Positions 7,638 to 16,840 of a stretch of 64,000 nt of DNA are shown piece by piece. The stretch lies in the IMG/VR virus record IMGVR_UViG_3300028392_000049, positions 1 to 64,000 of that record, one strand, 5' to 3'. Origin of the DNA: a virus. Under the pieces are notes generated by a model. It was not told where the DNA came from. It saw nothing but the letters and a program-made list of their open reading frames with translations, and did not search any database. The position numbers and the translations under genes were made by a program. Each line of letters begins with the position of its first letter. Position 1 is the first letter of the stretch.

Positions 7638-7850
7638 ATGAGTAACTCCACACCCCCGAAACTAATGAAAGTAACGCACGTTAAAGAGTACATCTGGCTG
7701 GAGCAAGAGCATTTCTTTGAGTTTTGCAGAGAGCATGGGATTACCTATGAGACTGGTAAAAGCATAGCCAAATCCCGAGTACATAAGTGGCTAGTTGAGA
7801 ACGGCTATCCATTTGAAATTCACCCCGACAAGCCAGCACGAGGAGAGTAA
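7638..7850 (+). CDS. Hypothetical protein
   Basis: ORF with AGGAG SD. Confidence 0.7.
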   Translation: MSNSTPPKLMKVTHVKEYIWLEQEHFFEFCREHGITYETGKSIAKSRVHKWLVENGYPFEIHPDKPARGE

Positions 7851-8089
7851 TGAGATACCTAAATGAATACTTGGGTTTGACTATCAGGCAGGAAAGAGAA
7901 AGACAAAGGCTATCTCTGCGAGATGTATGCAGTATGGCTAACGTCTCTCTGGGCTACCTGAGCGAGGTGGAGCGTGGAAAGAAAGAAGCGTCTGGCTCTG
8001 TCATTAACAGTATTGCTAGCGCATTACATGTAAGCCTAAGTGAACTACTTACTAAGACGGTTACTACAATGGAGAGAGATACAGCATGA
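7850..8089 (+). CDS. XRE-family HTH regulator, ClgR-like
   Basis: SLRDV...VSLGYLSEVERGKKEAS...IASALHVSLSELL closely matches the actinobacterial ClgR HTH as I recall it. Confidence 0.8.
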   Translation: MRYLNEYLGLTIRQERERQRLSLRDVCSMANVSLGYLSEVERGKKEASGSVINSIASALHVSLSELLTKTVTTMERDTA

Positions 8090-8256
8090 CCCGAAAATCC
8101 GTTTTAGGAACTCGTAAGTTTGGCTGGTGCACAGGGCAGGAGAACGAGCAACAACACGAAGCTTGCCCAGTCTCTTATGTAACCACTCACACCACAGCCA
8201 CTCATACGGCTGGGGACATAGTTAAGTGTCAATGTCAATGTCATGGAGATAAATAA
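8086..8256 (+). CDS. Small Cys/His-rich protein (56 aa, CxCxCH near the C-terminus)
   Basis: Translated by hand; ATGA and TAATG coupling. Confidence 0.65.
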   Translation: MTRKSVLGTRKFGWCTGQENEQQHEACPVSYVTTHTTATHTAGDIVKCQCQCHGDK

Positions 8257-8486
8257 TGTACTACATTCACATCAACAGCAACACTATCAAGTCCAATAAG
8301 AAGAGAGATAAAAACGACCCGCCGATAACGATCAGAAAAGGTCGTAGCAAGGTGATAGGCTATGTACACTCAGTTAAGATACTTGGGGAGTCCACAGTAA
8401 AGTACTGCCCTAATAACCCCCTACCTTGCGGTGCTAAGGTATGGATTGAAACAGACTCAGAGATAGAAATTGGAGAGAGACTATGA
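8256..8486 (+). CDS. Conserved hypothetical phage protein
   Basis: IHIN...PPITI...PLPCGAKVWIET. Confidence 0.75.
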   Translation: MYYIHINSNTIKSNKKRDKNDPPITIRKGRSKVIGYVHSVKILGESTVKYCPNNPLPCGAKVWIETDSEIEIGERL

Positions 8487-8764
8487 GCAAGATGAAATAC
8501 GTGCACAATGACTACGACTACATGATAGCGGTTGAGCGTGGGCTTGGAGAGTATTTGGATATTCTTTGGTTCGCTCTGGACGAAGAAGACCATGAAGTTG
8601 AGGGCGTGGAGACAGCAGACGAAACGCTGACAGGCATTTACTTCTGTGGCTGTGACGACTGCATTAGGAGAGAGACTCTCGCCTACCTAATCCCACAGAT
8701 TGTTGATGGGTTCAAAGCTGGCAAGTTTGAAGACAACGAAGAGTACGCAGGAGAGAGCGCATGA
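8483..8764 (+). CDS. Hypothetical protein (CGCxxC)
   Basis: ATGA-coupled ORF. Confidence 0.75.
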   Translation: MSKMKYVHNDYDYMIAVERGLGEYLDILWFALDEEDHEVEGVETADETLTGIYFCGCDDCIRRETLAYLIPQIVDGFKAGKFEDNEEYAGESA

Positions 8765-9087
8765 GCAAGCCAACACAAACTCACGACATGGAACGCTTTG
8801 CTCGCGAAGTTAGTGATTTGCTAATTCAATTAGAGCATGTGCTAATCAGTAAGCAGCGTGACTACGGACCTTACAACATTAGCCGTGCCCCAGGTGGTCC
8901 TCTCAACGGCTTACGCGTGCGTATCTTTGACAAGGTAAGCCGTATTAACAACTTAATTGACACGGGCGCAACGCCAGAAAATGAGTCGCTACGGGACTCG
9001 TTCCTAGACCTAGCCAACTACGGCGTTATTGCACTCATGGTGCTTGACGGCATTTGGCCGACCCTTGACACCGAGGAAGGAAAGTAA
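8761..9087 (+). CDS. DUF1599 / nucleotide-modification-associated (MazG-like helical) domain protein
   Basis: KxxDYG...RIFDKVSRI...ESLRDSFLDLANYGVIAL signature. Confidence 0.75.
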   Translation: MSKPTQTHDMERFAREVSDLLIQLEHVLISKQRDYGPYNISRAPGGPLNGLRVRIFDKVSRINNLIDTGATPENESLRDSFLDLANYGVIALMVLDGIWPTLDTEEGK

Positions 9088-9203
9088 TGGGAAAGCATAA
9101 GGAAAAAATCGCAAAAGCATTAGAACGCCGTATCTCTAACATGCCAAAAGGTACAGGCTATAACAAACCAGGTTCGCTCAACAAAAAGAAAACAGGTTAC
9201 TAA
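9087..9203 (+). CDS. Small basic protein (38 aa)
   Basis: Translated by hand; TAATG coupling. Confidence 0.55.
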   Translation: MGKHKEKIAKALERRISNMPKGTGYNKPGSLNKKKTGY

Positions 9204-9280
9204 AATGAAGTGGATTTATCTAATAACTGGTGGATTTATTGGTTTCATTATAGGTGCAACCATAGACTTTATTAAAGACT

Positions 9281-9502
9281 TTGACGCAGATTACGAGTTT
9301 GATGAGTATGAGTGAAGTAATAAATAAGTTTCAAGCATTATGCGATAGCTACGAATTAACTATTTATGCGCTGGACTCTCAAATAGAAAGGGTGCGTAAC
9401 ATACACGTCCCTAACCCTAAGTATCTTGGCACGGTCATTCCATGTGTATCTTGCAAAGAAACAATGCCTTGTCCAACTATTCAAGCAATAAACGGAGAGT
9501 AA
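9281..9502 (+). CDS. Hypothetical protein (RVRxxH...CxxC...PCxT family); start uncertain
   Basis: Motif shared with 23412..23651. Confidence 0.6.
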   Translation: MTQITSLMSMSEVINKFQALCDSYELTIYALDSQIERVRNIHVPNPKYLGTVIPCVSCKETMPCPTIQAINGE

Positions 9503-9504
9503 TA

Positions 9505-10089
9505 ATGACCGATTTCCCAAACTGGTTTGATGTAACAGCAAAAGATAACTTTGAAAAGTATGTGCCTAGCGTTCCTAACCTTAAGGTGTTGCAAATTGGC
9601 GTTTATACAGGAGACGCTACCGAGTGGTTATTGAATAGCCGAGACATTAAAGCCCTTATAGACGTAGATACTTGGGGCGGTAGTGGAGAAGAAGGTCATG
9701 AGACTATTGACTTTACTGCTGTTGGGGCGCACTACGATAAGCGGTTTGCAGGTAAGTTTGATAAAGAAGGTCCAATAGAAAAACATAAGATGGATAGTGA
9801 TGCGTTCTTTGAAGAAGAGCGTAGCTTTATTGGGTCAGACGCGGCTATTGAGTATGACTTTATCTACATTGACGGTGACCATACTGCTACCCAGACTGCG
9901 CTTGATGGTCTTAACGCTTTTCAGTTTTTAACTAAGGGTGGCGTTATTGCTTTTGATGACCTCACATGGCGATCAGGCAAGGGGAGATTTTACGATCCGC
10001 TTCCAGGTATTGAAGCATTCCAGCATGTATGCCATGAACAGGTGGAACTAATTGTAGCCAACTCACAAGCTTGGTTTAAGAAGAAGTAG
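9505..10089 (+). CDS. Class I SAM-dependent methyltransferase (Methyltransf_24-like)
   Basis: LQIGVYTGD motif I, VDTW, DFIYIDGDH, GGVIAFDD. Confidence 0.85.
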   Translation: MTDFPNWFDVTAKDNFEKYVPSVPNLKVLQIGVYTGDATEWLLNSRDIKALIDVDTWGGSGEEGHETIDFTAVGAHYDKRFAGKFDKEGPIEKHKMDSDAFFEEERSFIGSDAAIEYDFIYIDGDHTATQTALDGLNAFQFLTKGGVIAFDDLTWRSGKGRFYDPLPGIEAFQHVCHEQVELIVANSQAWFKKK

Positions 10090-10098
10090 CACATAAGT

Positions 10099-10131
10099 AA
10101 AGCCCCCTAGTTTTTGCTAGGGGGCTTTCTT
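10099..10131. terminator. Bidirectional intrinsic terminator where the two arms converge
   Basis: AAAGCCCCCTAG/CTAGGGGGCTTT 12-bp stem between convergent genes. Confidence 0.85.
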
Positions 10132-10139
10132 ATTGGTAG

Positions 10140-12158
10140 TTACTTAGGTATCTCGCAGAAGTCCGTGGAGCAGTACTTCTCACCAATAGCATCAGCAGCC
10201 ATTCCAGCATACACATCTGTGAAGTCAATAGGTAGAAGCTTCATGGTGTAAGCCTCGTACTCTTCCTGTGTAATCTGTGCGTATGGCATCTGTGGATAGG
10301 TCTTGTTACCCATAGGCAAGAACGATACTGACTTTAGTTTGCCGTCATACATACGAAGTACCTTAGCCACGTCATCTTTCTCAGTCTTTGCGTTAAACGA
10401 GATAGTTACAGACACCGAGTTATCTGACCAGTAATGCTGAGCCATAGCCGCTAGGTCTACCTTTTCGTAAATACTAACATCCTTTTCAGAACGCTTGGCG
10501 TCAGACTTGATAGGGAAGAACACTACGCTAGTAGTCTTTGGAGACTCACTAGCAGGCTCAACTAGATAGCCAGCGTACTGAAATAACGGAAGCATAGGGT
10601 CATCATTACCCATACGGATTGAGCGCAAGAAGTACTCGCCACCTGGAGTCCAATGCACGCCTGGGCTTTCACCAGCAAGGATTGACACAGTACCTGACGG
10701 CTTTACCGTTGTGGTTTTGATCGACTCACGAATACATAGCCATTCCGAGTAAGTGCGGTCATAAGCAGTAACCGTGGCGTAGCCTACGTTCATCCACTCA
10801 CGAAGCATAGTTAGATTGTGATTGTCCACAAAGTTAGCTACGCCTGACATTGACGTACCAATACGTCGGTTACGTTGCATGATGGCGTTAGTCTCTTCCC
10901 AATGAGTAGGTAGGAGTGTAACAGTCTTGGCATACAGATACGCAAACTTTAACGTACGCTTGTAGTCCTCTAAGCTGTCGTGACGGTTCAGGTATGTCTC
11001 CACCAAAGTACAGCATTCAAATGACTCAAGGCTTTGCTCTGCACAGGGGTTGTATCCCGCCGCTCGCCAGTCCTTGTTGTTCACTCCGTCAGCCAAACGA
11101 CCGTATTGGCGTGTAACATCCATCCATAGGACTCCTGGCTCACCATTGAGGGCAATTCCCTCTACAATGCCAGATAAGTCATCCCCGACTTTTACTTCTA
11201 CGGAGTTGTTGGACATCCAGCCCCAACCTGGGGCTTTCTTGTCGTATGAGTTACGCGCTGGGAATACTTCTGAGTTCTTGAGGTTCAAGAATGACTGATC
11301 GTCTAGTCGTCCCATTAGTAGTTCTGCTGAACGGCGAACGTTACCTGATACCACGCATACGCCGATAAGGTTACCAATGTCAGCGATGTCTACACGGGTT
11401 AGGTCTTCACCATCGCGGTCATTAAATAATCCGCTCAGACGGTTATGCAAGTCCTTAAGTGGAGCTGGACCAGCGGCTGTGCCACCGAATGTCTTGATAG
11501 GCGTGCCTTCTGGGCGGATTTCGCTGTAATCAAATTCAATCGGTCGGTGTTCTGGACGTAGGTAAGAGTTAATCAAATTAACTACTGAGTCTACCCAACC
11601 CTCACGGCTATCTGGGATTACCTCAACTAAAGGTTCTCCCTTTGGTTGATGAATAACAAACCCCTTGTCAGCACCCTTATCGTCAAAGCCTACGCCTACC
11701 CCGAGCATGGACGCTTCCATAAGAAATGCAAATGGCTTGGCAGGATTGTGCTTGTTCATGCTATCCGTAGATACAAACGAGCAGTTCTGTAACGCTGCCG
11801 AGTTCTTTTGCTCGGTAACAATAGGCGTACCCATGATGAATAACCCACGACCTGGTGGCGTCCACTTTAATGTGAATAATCGGTCGTAAGCTTCTTTAGC
11901 CGAAGCCTGCGCCTTATTCTCATTCCACGGCAAACGATTACCTTTACAGTGGTCTTTCTGGATTGAATACATGCCCTCAATAACACGACGGCATACTTCA
12001 GCCCATGTCTCTTTAGTGCCGTCCTCTTTCTTACGTGAATAAGTGCGCAGAAACGTAATCTCGCCTACCGAATTGCCCCCCGCATCTTGGTAACCCCAAG
12101 GTACTTTCTTACCCTCGTATGTTGATACGAAGTCATCTGCTAACTTAAATGACAGCAT
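10140..12158 (-). CDS. nrdJ: Class II (AdoCbl-dependent) monomeric ribonucleoside-triphosphate reductase
   Basis: PPGRGL, LQNC, GVGVGFD, GNVRRSA, NPCAEQ, VKPSGTVS, C-terminal CxxxxC. Confidence 0.93.
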   Translation of the reverse strand: MLSFKLADDFVSTYEGKKVPWGYQDAGGNSVGEITFLRTYSRKKEDGTKETWAEVCRRVIEGMYSIQKDHCKGNRLPWNENKAQASAKEAYDRLFTLKWTPPGRGLFIMGTPIVTEQKNSAALQNCSFVSTDSMNKHNPAKPFAFLMEASMLGVGVGFDDKGADKGFVIHQPKGEPLVEVIPDSREGWVDSVVNLINSYLRPEHRPIEFDYSEIRPEGTPIKTFGGTAAGPAPLKDLHNRLSGLFNDRDGEDLTRVDIADIGNLIGVCVVSGNVRRSAELLMGRLDDQSFLNLKNSEVFPARNSYDKKAPGWGWMSNNSVEVKVGDDLSGIVEGIALNGEPGVLWMDVTRQYGRLADGVNNKDWRAAGYNPCAEQSLESFECCTLVETYLNRHDSLEDYKRTLKFAYLYAKTVTLLPTHWEETNAIMQRNRRIGTSMSGVANFVDNHNLTMLREWMNVGYATVTAYDRTYSEWLCIRESIKTTTVKPSGTVSILAGESPGVHWTPGGEYFLRSIRMGNDDPMLPLFQYAGYLVEPASESPKTTSVVFFPIKSDAKRSEKDVSIYEKVDLAAMAQHYWSDNSVSVTISFNAKTEKDDVAKVLRMYDGKLKSVSFLPMGNKTYPQMPYAQITQEEYEAYTMKLLPIDFTDVYAGMAADAIGEKYCSTDFCEIPK

Positions 12159-12233
12159 TATTTTCCTTTTCTATGTGTTTTTCTGGATACCGCTGTTCCA
12201 CACCTTAGTGTGGGCTTCTTATATGATAAGAGT

Positions 12234-13730
12234 TTAGTCTTCTATGCCCTGTTGAATGATGCGAGTAACTTGCTCCTCGTCCATTCCACCATTGGGTAAC
12301 TGGTTAAGATTTTGCGCCCTTTCGCCAAAAATTTGGGACAAAACACCGCCACCGTTTTTGGCTTCCACCGTCATCTTGACGTACGATGAAGTGTCTTCCA
12401 AATCCTTCATTACCTTAACCAACTTAAACAGTCTATCGACCTCTTGGCTGGTATTTGGATCGGGGTAGCCGCCGTTCAATTCTTCTGAAAACCTTGCAAA
12501 TGCTATACGTTGTCCCTGCATTTCAATGATGGCAGTAAGTAACGCCGACAACTGTTCTTTGGTCTTAACTTCTACTGGCAAATTAAATGCACACGTATTC
12601 TGGGGCTTAAACGCAGGGCAATTTGAGGCTACAAAACAAGTGTCACACATGCGTAAACTGGTGCTGTTTGACCTAATAAGCGGTACGTCTTTAATAACGT
12701 CAAAACCATTTTCATCTTTCTCAATAATGGTTTTAATCTCTGCGCCAAACCCTGGCAAAATAGCCATCTCACCATGTTCGCGCTCAATAAGTTTCCGCAT
12801 GCCAGTACCCTTGTTATCATGTACGGCAGGGGTGTTTTCCGCGTTAGGCGCACTAACAATATCAGCACTGTTATGATATAACTTGTCTTCTTCTTCGTAG
12901 TCGTGTTCAGGGCTTAAGAATGGGTTATTCACCATGTTAAAACGCTCCTCAAACTGGTCATACGACCATAGGGCTAGTTTAGCCACTTCCACGGGATCGT
13001 CTCCCATAATTTTATCAAAATCCAGACCAGCTTTCTCGTACACCGCTTTGTATCTGGGGCGGGCTTGGTCTTTCATCTTCTTTGGGTATCTAACTAGCTT
13101 GTTACCTGTCCATACAATGGTCTCTCCGCGCATCATTGGAGACAGCCACGACTGGGTGCTGGCTGTTGCTACATGGATTTGACGCAAGTTATCGGGCTTA
13201 GCACAGGCTAGCGCATGGAACGTAGTACCATGCTGTGTACTGAGGGCCCTAGTTTTTGCCGCCAACGATACGTCAGCCTCAATGATTGAGTAGGGGATTG
13301 CTACATCCTTGTACTGCTGGCACATGTCCACAATCTCAGCGTAGGAATGGTCGGCTCTGACAGTTGCCCAAAACTTTTCTTCCTCGGCCCATGCTGCATC
13401 TCGTTGCATACTTAGGGCTGATTTATCTAAGGCTGGATGGTCAATCTCTAAAAAGGATGTAATCCTATCCATGTTATGGGCTAGAAAATCTTCGTATTCA
13501 ATAGCAAACGCCTCAACCTCTTCTAGGCTAAGCTGTGCGCTTTCTGGAATACCTGGGTGCACATAAATGTTCATGTACTCTTGAAAGTAATTGCTTAATA
13601 AGTAACGCTTATTCTTCGGTAGACCACGTTTTGTAAGGCGCCAAAAGGAAACACCAACGTTCTTGATGCCCATGCTCTCCAGAATGACACGATTACTAGG
13701 AACATCTGCCCCTAAGTAAATCAGTTCCAT
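12234..13730 (-). CDS. Hypothetical protein: possible degenerate TGT/DpdA-like barrel plus Cys4 cluster and helical C-terminus
   Basis: FHALA...TASTQSWL...G resembles the HxxG...DSxxW pattern; CDTC-x5-C-x8-C; the fold call is tentative. Confidence 0.45.
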   Translation of the reverse strand: MELIYLGADVPSNRVILESMGIKNVGVSFWRLTKRGLPKNKRYLLSNYFQEYMNIYVHPGIPESAQLSLEEVEAFAIEYEDFLAHNMDRITSFLEIDHPALDKSALSMQRDAAWAEEEKFWATVRADHSYAEIVDMCQQYKDVAIPYSIIEADVSLAAKTRALSTQHGTTFHALACAKPDNLRQIHVATASTQSWLSPMMRGETIVWTGNKLVRYPKKMKDQARPRYKAVYEKAGLDFDKIMGDDPVEVAKLALWSYDQFEERFNMVNNPFLSPEHDYEEEDKLYHNSADIVSAPNAENTPAVHDNKGTGMRKLIEREHGEMAILPGFGAEIKTIIEKDENGFDVIKDVPLIRSNSTSLRMCDTCFVASNCPAFKPQNTCAFNLPVEVKTKEQLSALLTAIIEMQGQRIAFARFSEELNGGYPDPNTSQEVDRLFKLVKVMKDLEDTSSYVKMTVEAKNGGGVLSQIFGERAQNLNQLPNGGMDEEQVTRIIQQGIED

Positions 13731-13732
13731 TG

Positions 13733-14224
13733 CTAATCCTCATAATCCTCTACCACATACCCGTCAGAAATTCTGCGGTCGTCTATATATAGACCCTGCT
13801 GTTTATCCATTTCTTCGGTAATTTTTTCCCAGCTTCGAACGCCCTTACGACCATCTGGTCGGAATTCTGGTCGGATGTACCTGGGATGTAGGAACAACAT
13901 GGTAGTAATACCCTGCTCTAATAAGTCTTTTGCTAACTCTGGATCGCTGGTCACTACAAAATCCAACTTACCCCTGCTTCGTAAAGTCTCTACCGTAAGC
14001 AAGAGTGGGTTTTCTAATGGAGTATCCACAATTTGAAATATGTCGTCTAGACTCTTTGCTAAGTTGTTAGTCTTTAACCAAATCTCGGCGCGTTCGCGGT
14101 CGTCCGCTACCAAAATGGTGTGGTAGTTTTCGTTAAACGACTTGTAAATGGCTGAGCCATCCATAATAATTGATTGGTCGCGTTCTTTGCGGAGCACGCC
14201 ATCCATAAATATTACTACTGACAT
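13733..14224 (-). CDS. HAD-like fold protein with a degenerate motif I
   Basis: N-terminal VVIFMDGVL (compare DxDGVL), AEIWL, FVVTSDP. Confidence 0.5.
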   Translation of the reverse strand: MSVVIFMDGVLRKERDQSIIMDGSAIYKSFNENYHTILVADDRERAEIWLKTNNLAKSLDDIFQIVDTPLENPLLLTVETLRSRGKLDFVVTSDPELAKDLLEQGITTMLFLHPRYIRPEFRPDGRKGVRSWEKITEEMDKQQGLYIDDRRISDGYVVEDYED

Positions 14225-14349
14225 GATTTACAGGTCGCCCCATTTCCTGGAGTATAAATGACGGACTCAACTAACGTATGGCATTTGTTGCAGAATACCC
14301 ATATTCTGTCTTCGGGCTCTCCAAAGTACTCTCCGTAAGAGTCGCTCAC
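14215..14349 (-). CDS. Small Zn-ribbon protein
   Basis: CxxC...CxxC; GTGA overlap with the upstream gene. Confidence 0.45.
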   Translation of the reverse strand: MSDSYGEYFGEPEDRIWVFCNKCHTLVESVIYTPGNGATCKSCQ

Positions 14350-15062
14350 TGTAGTTGTCCTAACCCTGCTCCAGCTTCGTTGTGCTGTAGCCATGCAGTA
14401 TGGTGAACGGCGTCCACCCAAATGGTCTTATGGTGTTGAAGGATTGCACCTGTATGGGCAACCATAGGAATATCAAACTGCTGTAGTTTGGCACAGAACG
14501 ACAGGTCTTCTGATAACCACTTGTCCCCACCAATAGGACCATCTTGGAACCAGCACCATGACTGGTTGCTCTCATCGTGGTTATCGCGAATCTTCTTTAA
14601 GGCTGATCGGTGAATAAGTAGGCACCCCGTACCAGCAGCAACTACTGGAATTACTGTATCGGCAGGGTAATCGTCAATGGGGTTTATAGCACCATCTGTG
14701 GTCTGCGTAAAGATTAGGGGTACTGGACGCAAGTTTGGCCCTTCCCACAACGCAGCAAAGTATAACCCTGCAACTACTGGACGAGCAGCCGAGTCAGCAG
14801 TGGCACACAGCAAATCAAACGTAGCAACTGAAATTCGTTCATCATCATCTAGCATTAACAACCAGTCATCTGTGGTGTTATCAAGAAAGTGTTTAATCAT
14901 AATGTTGCGGCTCTTAGCCAACAATCCTAGCCCTTCAACGCAATAAAATGCGCCTACGCGAGCGCCTTTTTCGCGAATAATCTGCATAAGGCTCAAAGCA
15001 AATTCGGTGTCCACGGTGCCTGTGTGGGCCCAACCAATTGCTACGGTTTCTTTTGCTTTCAT
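14346..15062 (-). CDS. GT-A fold (GT2-like) glycosyltransferase
   Basis: SRN, WLLMLDDD (DxD), GTGCLLIHR, SEDLSFC, H..T motifs. Confidence 0.85.
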   Translation of the reverse strand: MKAKETVAIGWAHTGTVDTEFALSLMQIIREKGARVGAFYCVEGLGLLAKSRNIMIKHFLDNTTDDWLLMLDDDERISVATFDLLCATADSAARPVVAGLYFAALWEGPNLRPVPLIFTQTTDGAINPIDDYPADTVIPVVAAGTGCLLIHRSALKKIRDNHDESNQSWCWFQDGPIGGDKWLSEDLSFCAKLQQFDIPMVAHTGAILQHHKTIWVDAVHHTAWLQHNEAGAGLGQLQ

Positions 15063-15107
15063 GTTTACTCCAAATGGTGTCGGTGTTGGTATTAACCTAT
15101 CATACTT

Positions 15108-16037
15108 TTAGTGAACGCGGTATGCCCTTCGCAACAATGTTGCAGCGTCTGGTAAATCAATACCGTATGTTTCTGTGGCAAACCCAGACTTAGCTTCCGC
15201 AGACATTTCGTGCATCTTTTTCATTGCTGGGACTACGCCAGAACGCTTTCCTGATTGCCAACGGTAGTTATAAAAGTCTGCAAATCCTTGCCCTGTGGGG
15301 CTAAACGCTTGATTGCGCGATGTATGAATATCTTCAAACAGTGCCGACCCTTGCTGCACAGCGTTTGCTAATGCTGACTCTGCGTTAAGGCGCATTGCGT
15401 CATTGGCGGCCATTTTAATTTGTTCGTATGCTGTAGCATAACGCTTGACAATTTCAGTCGCTTTAACGCGGTCACGATCAATAGCGGTATCCCACTCAGG
15501 TTGGATAGGCGCTGACTCTTTGGTTGGCGGCACTACCCAAGCATCATTAGTTATTGAGTACGCTGCGTATGGCTTGATGGCTTCAATGTCTGAATTAACA
15601 TTAACGTAAAACGTAAGCTCGTATGTTCCAAGAAATTCATTGGTACGGGGGTGAAGTTCGTTTCTAAAACCTTGGTTGAACTCCGAAGAAATTTCTGCGT
15701 CAGACCAGCCTTTATATTCTTGATTTGATTGGCGAAATTGAACGTAGTCTATGCTAATGAGGCAGTCTAAATCTCCTGGAGCGCGATGTGCGGACCAGTT
15801 GTACGACACGCCAGAGCCTGCTAAGTAAGCAGTTGCCCAAGCCGTGGGTTCGTTGTAACCCAGTTCCAAATGATTAATAAGAAGTGTAAGGATAGCTGTA
15901 CGCACGTACGAGTTGAGCTTGCCATCAGTAAAAAGGCGAGGGTCTAAATCGTCGTCAAGTGTGTGAAAGTACGATGTATCTTCTTCAGCCAAGTTCAATG
16001 TTTCTGCGTGCTGGACTAGCTTGTCGTAAAAACTCAC
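15108..16037 (-). CDS. Pol-beta-superfamily nucleotidyltransferase
   Basis: YLAGSGVSYNW...GDLDCLI (hGS...DxD); YELTFYV third acidic strand. Confidence 0.75.
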   Translation of the reverse strand: MSFYDKLVQHAETLNLAEEDTSYFHTLDDDLDPRLFTDGKLNSYVRTAILTLLINHLELGYNEPTAWATAYLAGSGVSYNWSAHRAPGDLDCLISIDYVQFRQSNQEYKGWSDAEISSEFNQGFRNELHPRTNEFLGTYELTFYVNVNSDIEAIKPYAAYSITNDAWVVPPTKESAPIQPEWDTAIDRDRVKATEIVKRYATAYEQIKMAANDAMRLNAESALANAVQQGSALFEDIHTSRNQAFSPTGQGFADFYNYRWQSGKRSGVVPAMKKMHEMSAEAKSGFATETYGIDLPDAATLLRRAYRVH

Positions 16038-16039
16038 AG

Positions 16040-16234
16040 TTAATCCTTATCGGTAATGCGCAAGTTAAAAGTTTTGGCTGGCTTTGACTCTTCTGCGGGG
16101 ACTTCAGTCATAAATCCGCAGCCAACGTGTGCATTAGAAAATCTATTTACTAGGATCAAGCCCATAGTTTCTTGATGCTCTTTTAATTCAACCTGAATGG
16201 CTGCAGTGCACGAGCACGTCATTTCTATAAACAT
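16040..16234 (-). CDS. Hypothetical protein
   Basis: ORF; TATACT -10 upstream. Confidence 0.65.
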   Translation of the reverse strand: MFIEMTCSCTAAIQVELKEHQETMGLILVNRFSNAHVGCGFMTEVPAEESKPAKTFNLRITDKD

Positions 16235-16273
16235 ATCAGGTCCCTAGGTAGTAAGTCTGGTAACCCAAGTATA

Positions 16274-16816
16274 CTACTTATACAGCCCATGCTTCTTGTT
16301 GTACTTCTCCATAACAACCGACTTCATAGGGCAAAAATCGCATAAATAAACCTTTGGGCCAGATGCACCAGCTTTTTCAAGGCCTGCCTCCTTGCGCTCA
16401 GCGCTAGTATCAGGTTTAAGTAGCTTCTTATCAGACTTATAGTCTGGGCAGCTATCTTTGGGCCTGTTGTGGTCGCCATAGCACGTCATAGCGTCTTCAG
16501 CAAACTGATTCTTAGTAGCGTAAAAGTTGGTTTGGAAGGCATCTAGGCCTTCTGAGCCACCCTTGATTTGCTTGACAATCTCTTCCTGAATCTTTGGCAC
16601 AGCCCAGTACTTAAAAGGAAACTTCATAAGTAGGCCAACATGCTCTACAGGTTTTTGGTGCTTAGATACCAAGATATTCAACAATGTATCAGTTGCTGGA
16701 TCGCCGTCATAATCAGGCAATTCTTCAATAGTTTTGCAGTTACGGCAAACCAAAACGCGAATCATTGGTTCATTTTTGTCAAGTTGACTTAAGTCTGTTG
16801 CTCCGTTAAAATCCAT
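16274..16816 (-). CDS. Cys-containing hypothetical protein, leaderless
   Basis: TGG-TAAAAT-6 nt-ATG; CxxC pairs. Confidence 0.8.
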   Translation of the reverse strand: MDFNGATDLSQLDKNEPMIRVLVCRNCKTIEELPDYDGDPATDTLLNILVSKHQKPVEHVGLLMKFPFKYWAVPKIQEEIVKQIKGGSEGLDAFQTNFYATKNQFAEDAMTCYGDHNRPKDSCPDYKSDKKLLKPDTSAERKEAGLEKAGASGPKVYLCDFCPMKSVVMEKYNKKHGLYK

Positions 16817-16840
16817 GCCCTAATTTTACCACAGTATTGC

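Noticed and set aside
12234-13730. A complete 7-deazaguanine (dpd) DNA modification pathway
   Set aside because: No folE/queD/queE/queC genes are in the window and the putative catalytic Asp is absent, so only a tentative fold similarity is kept.
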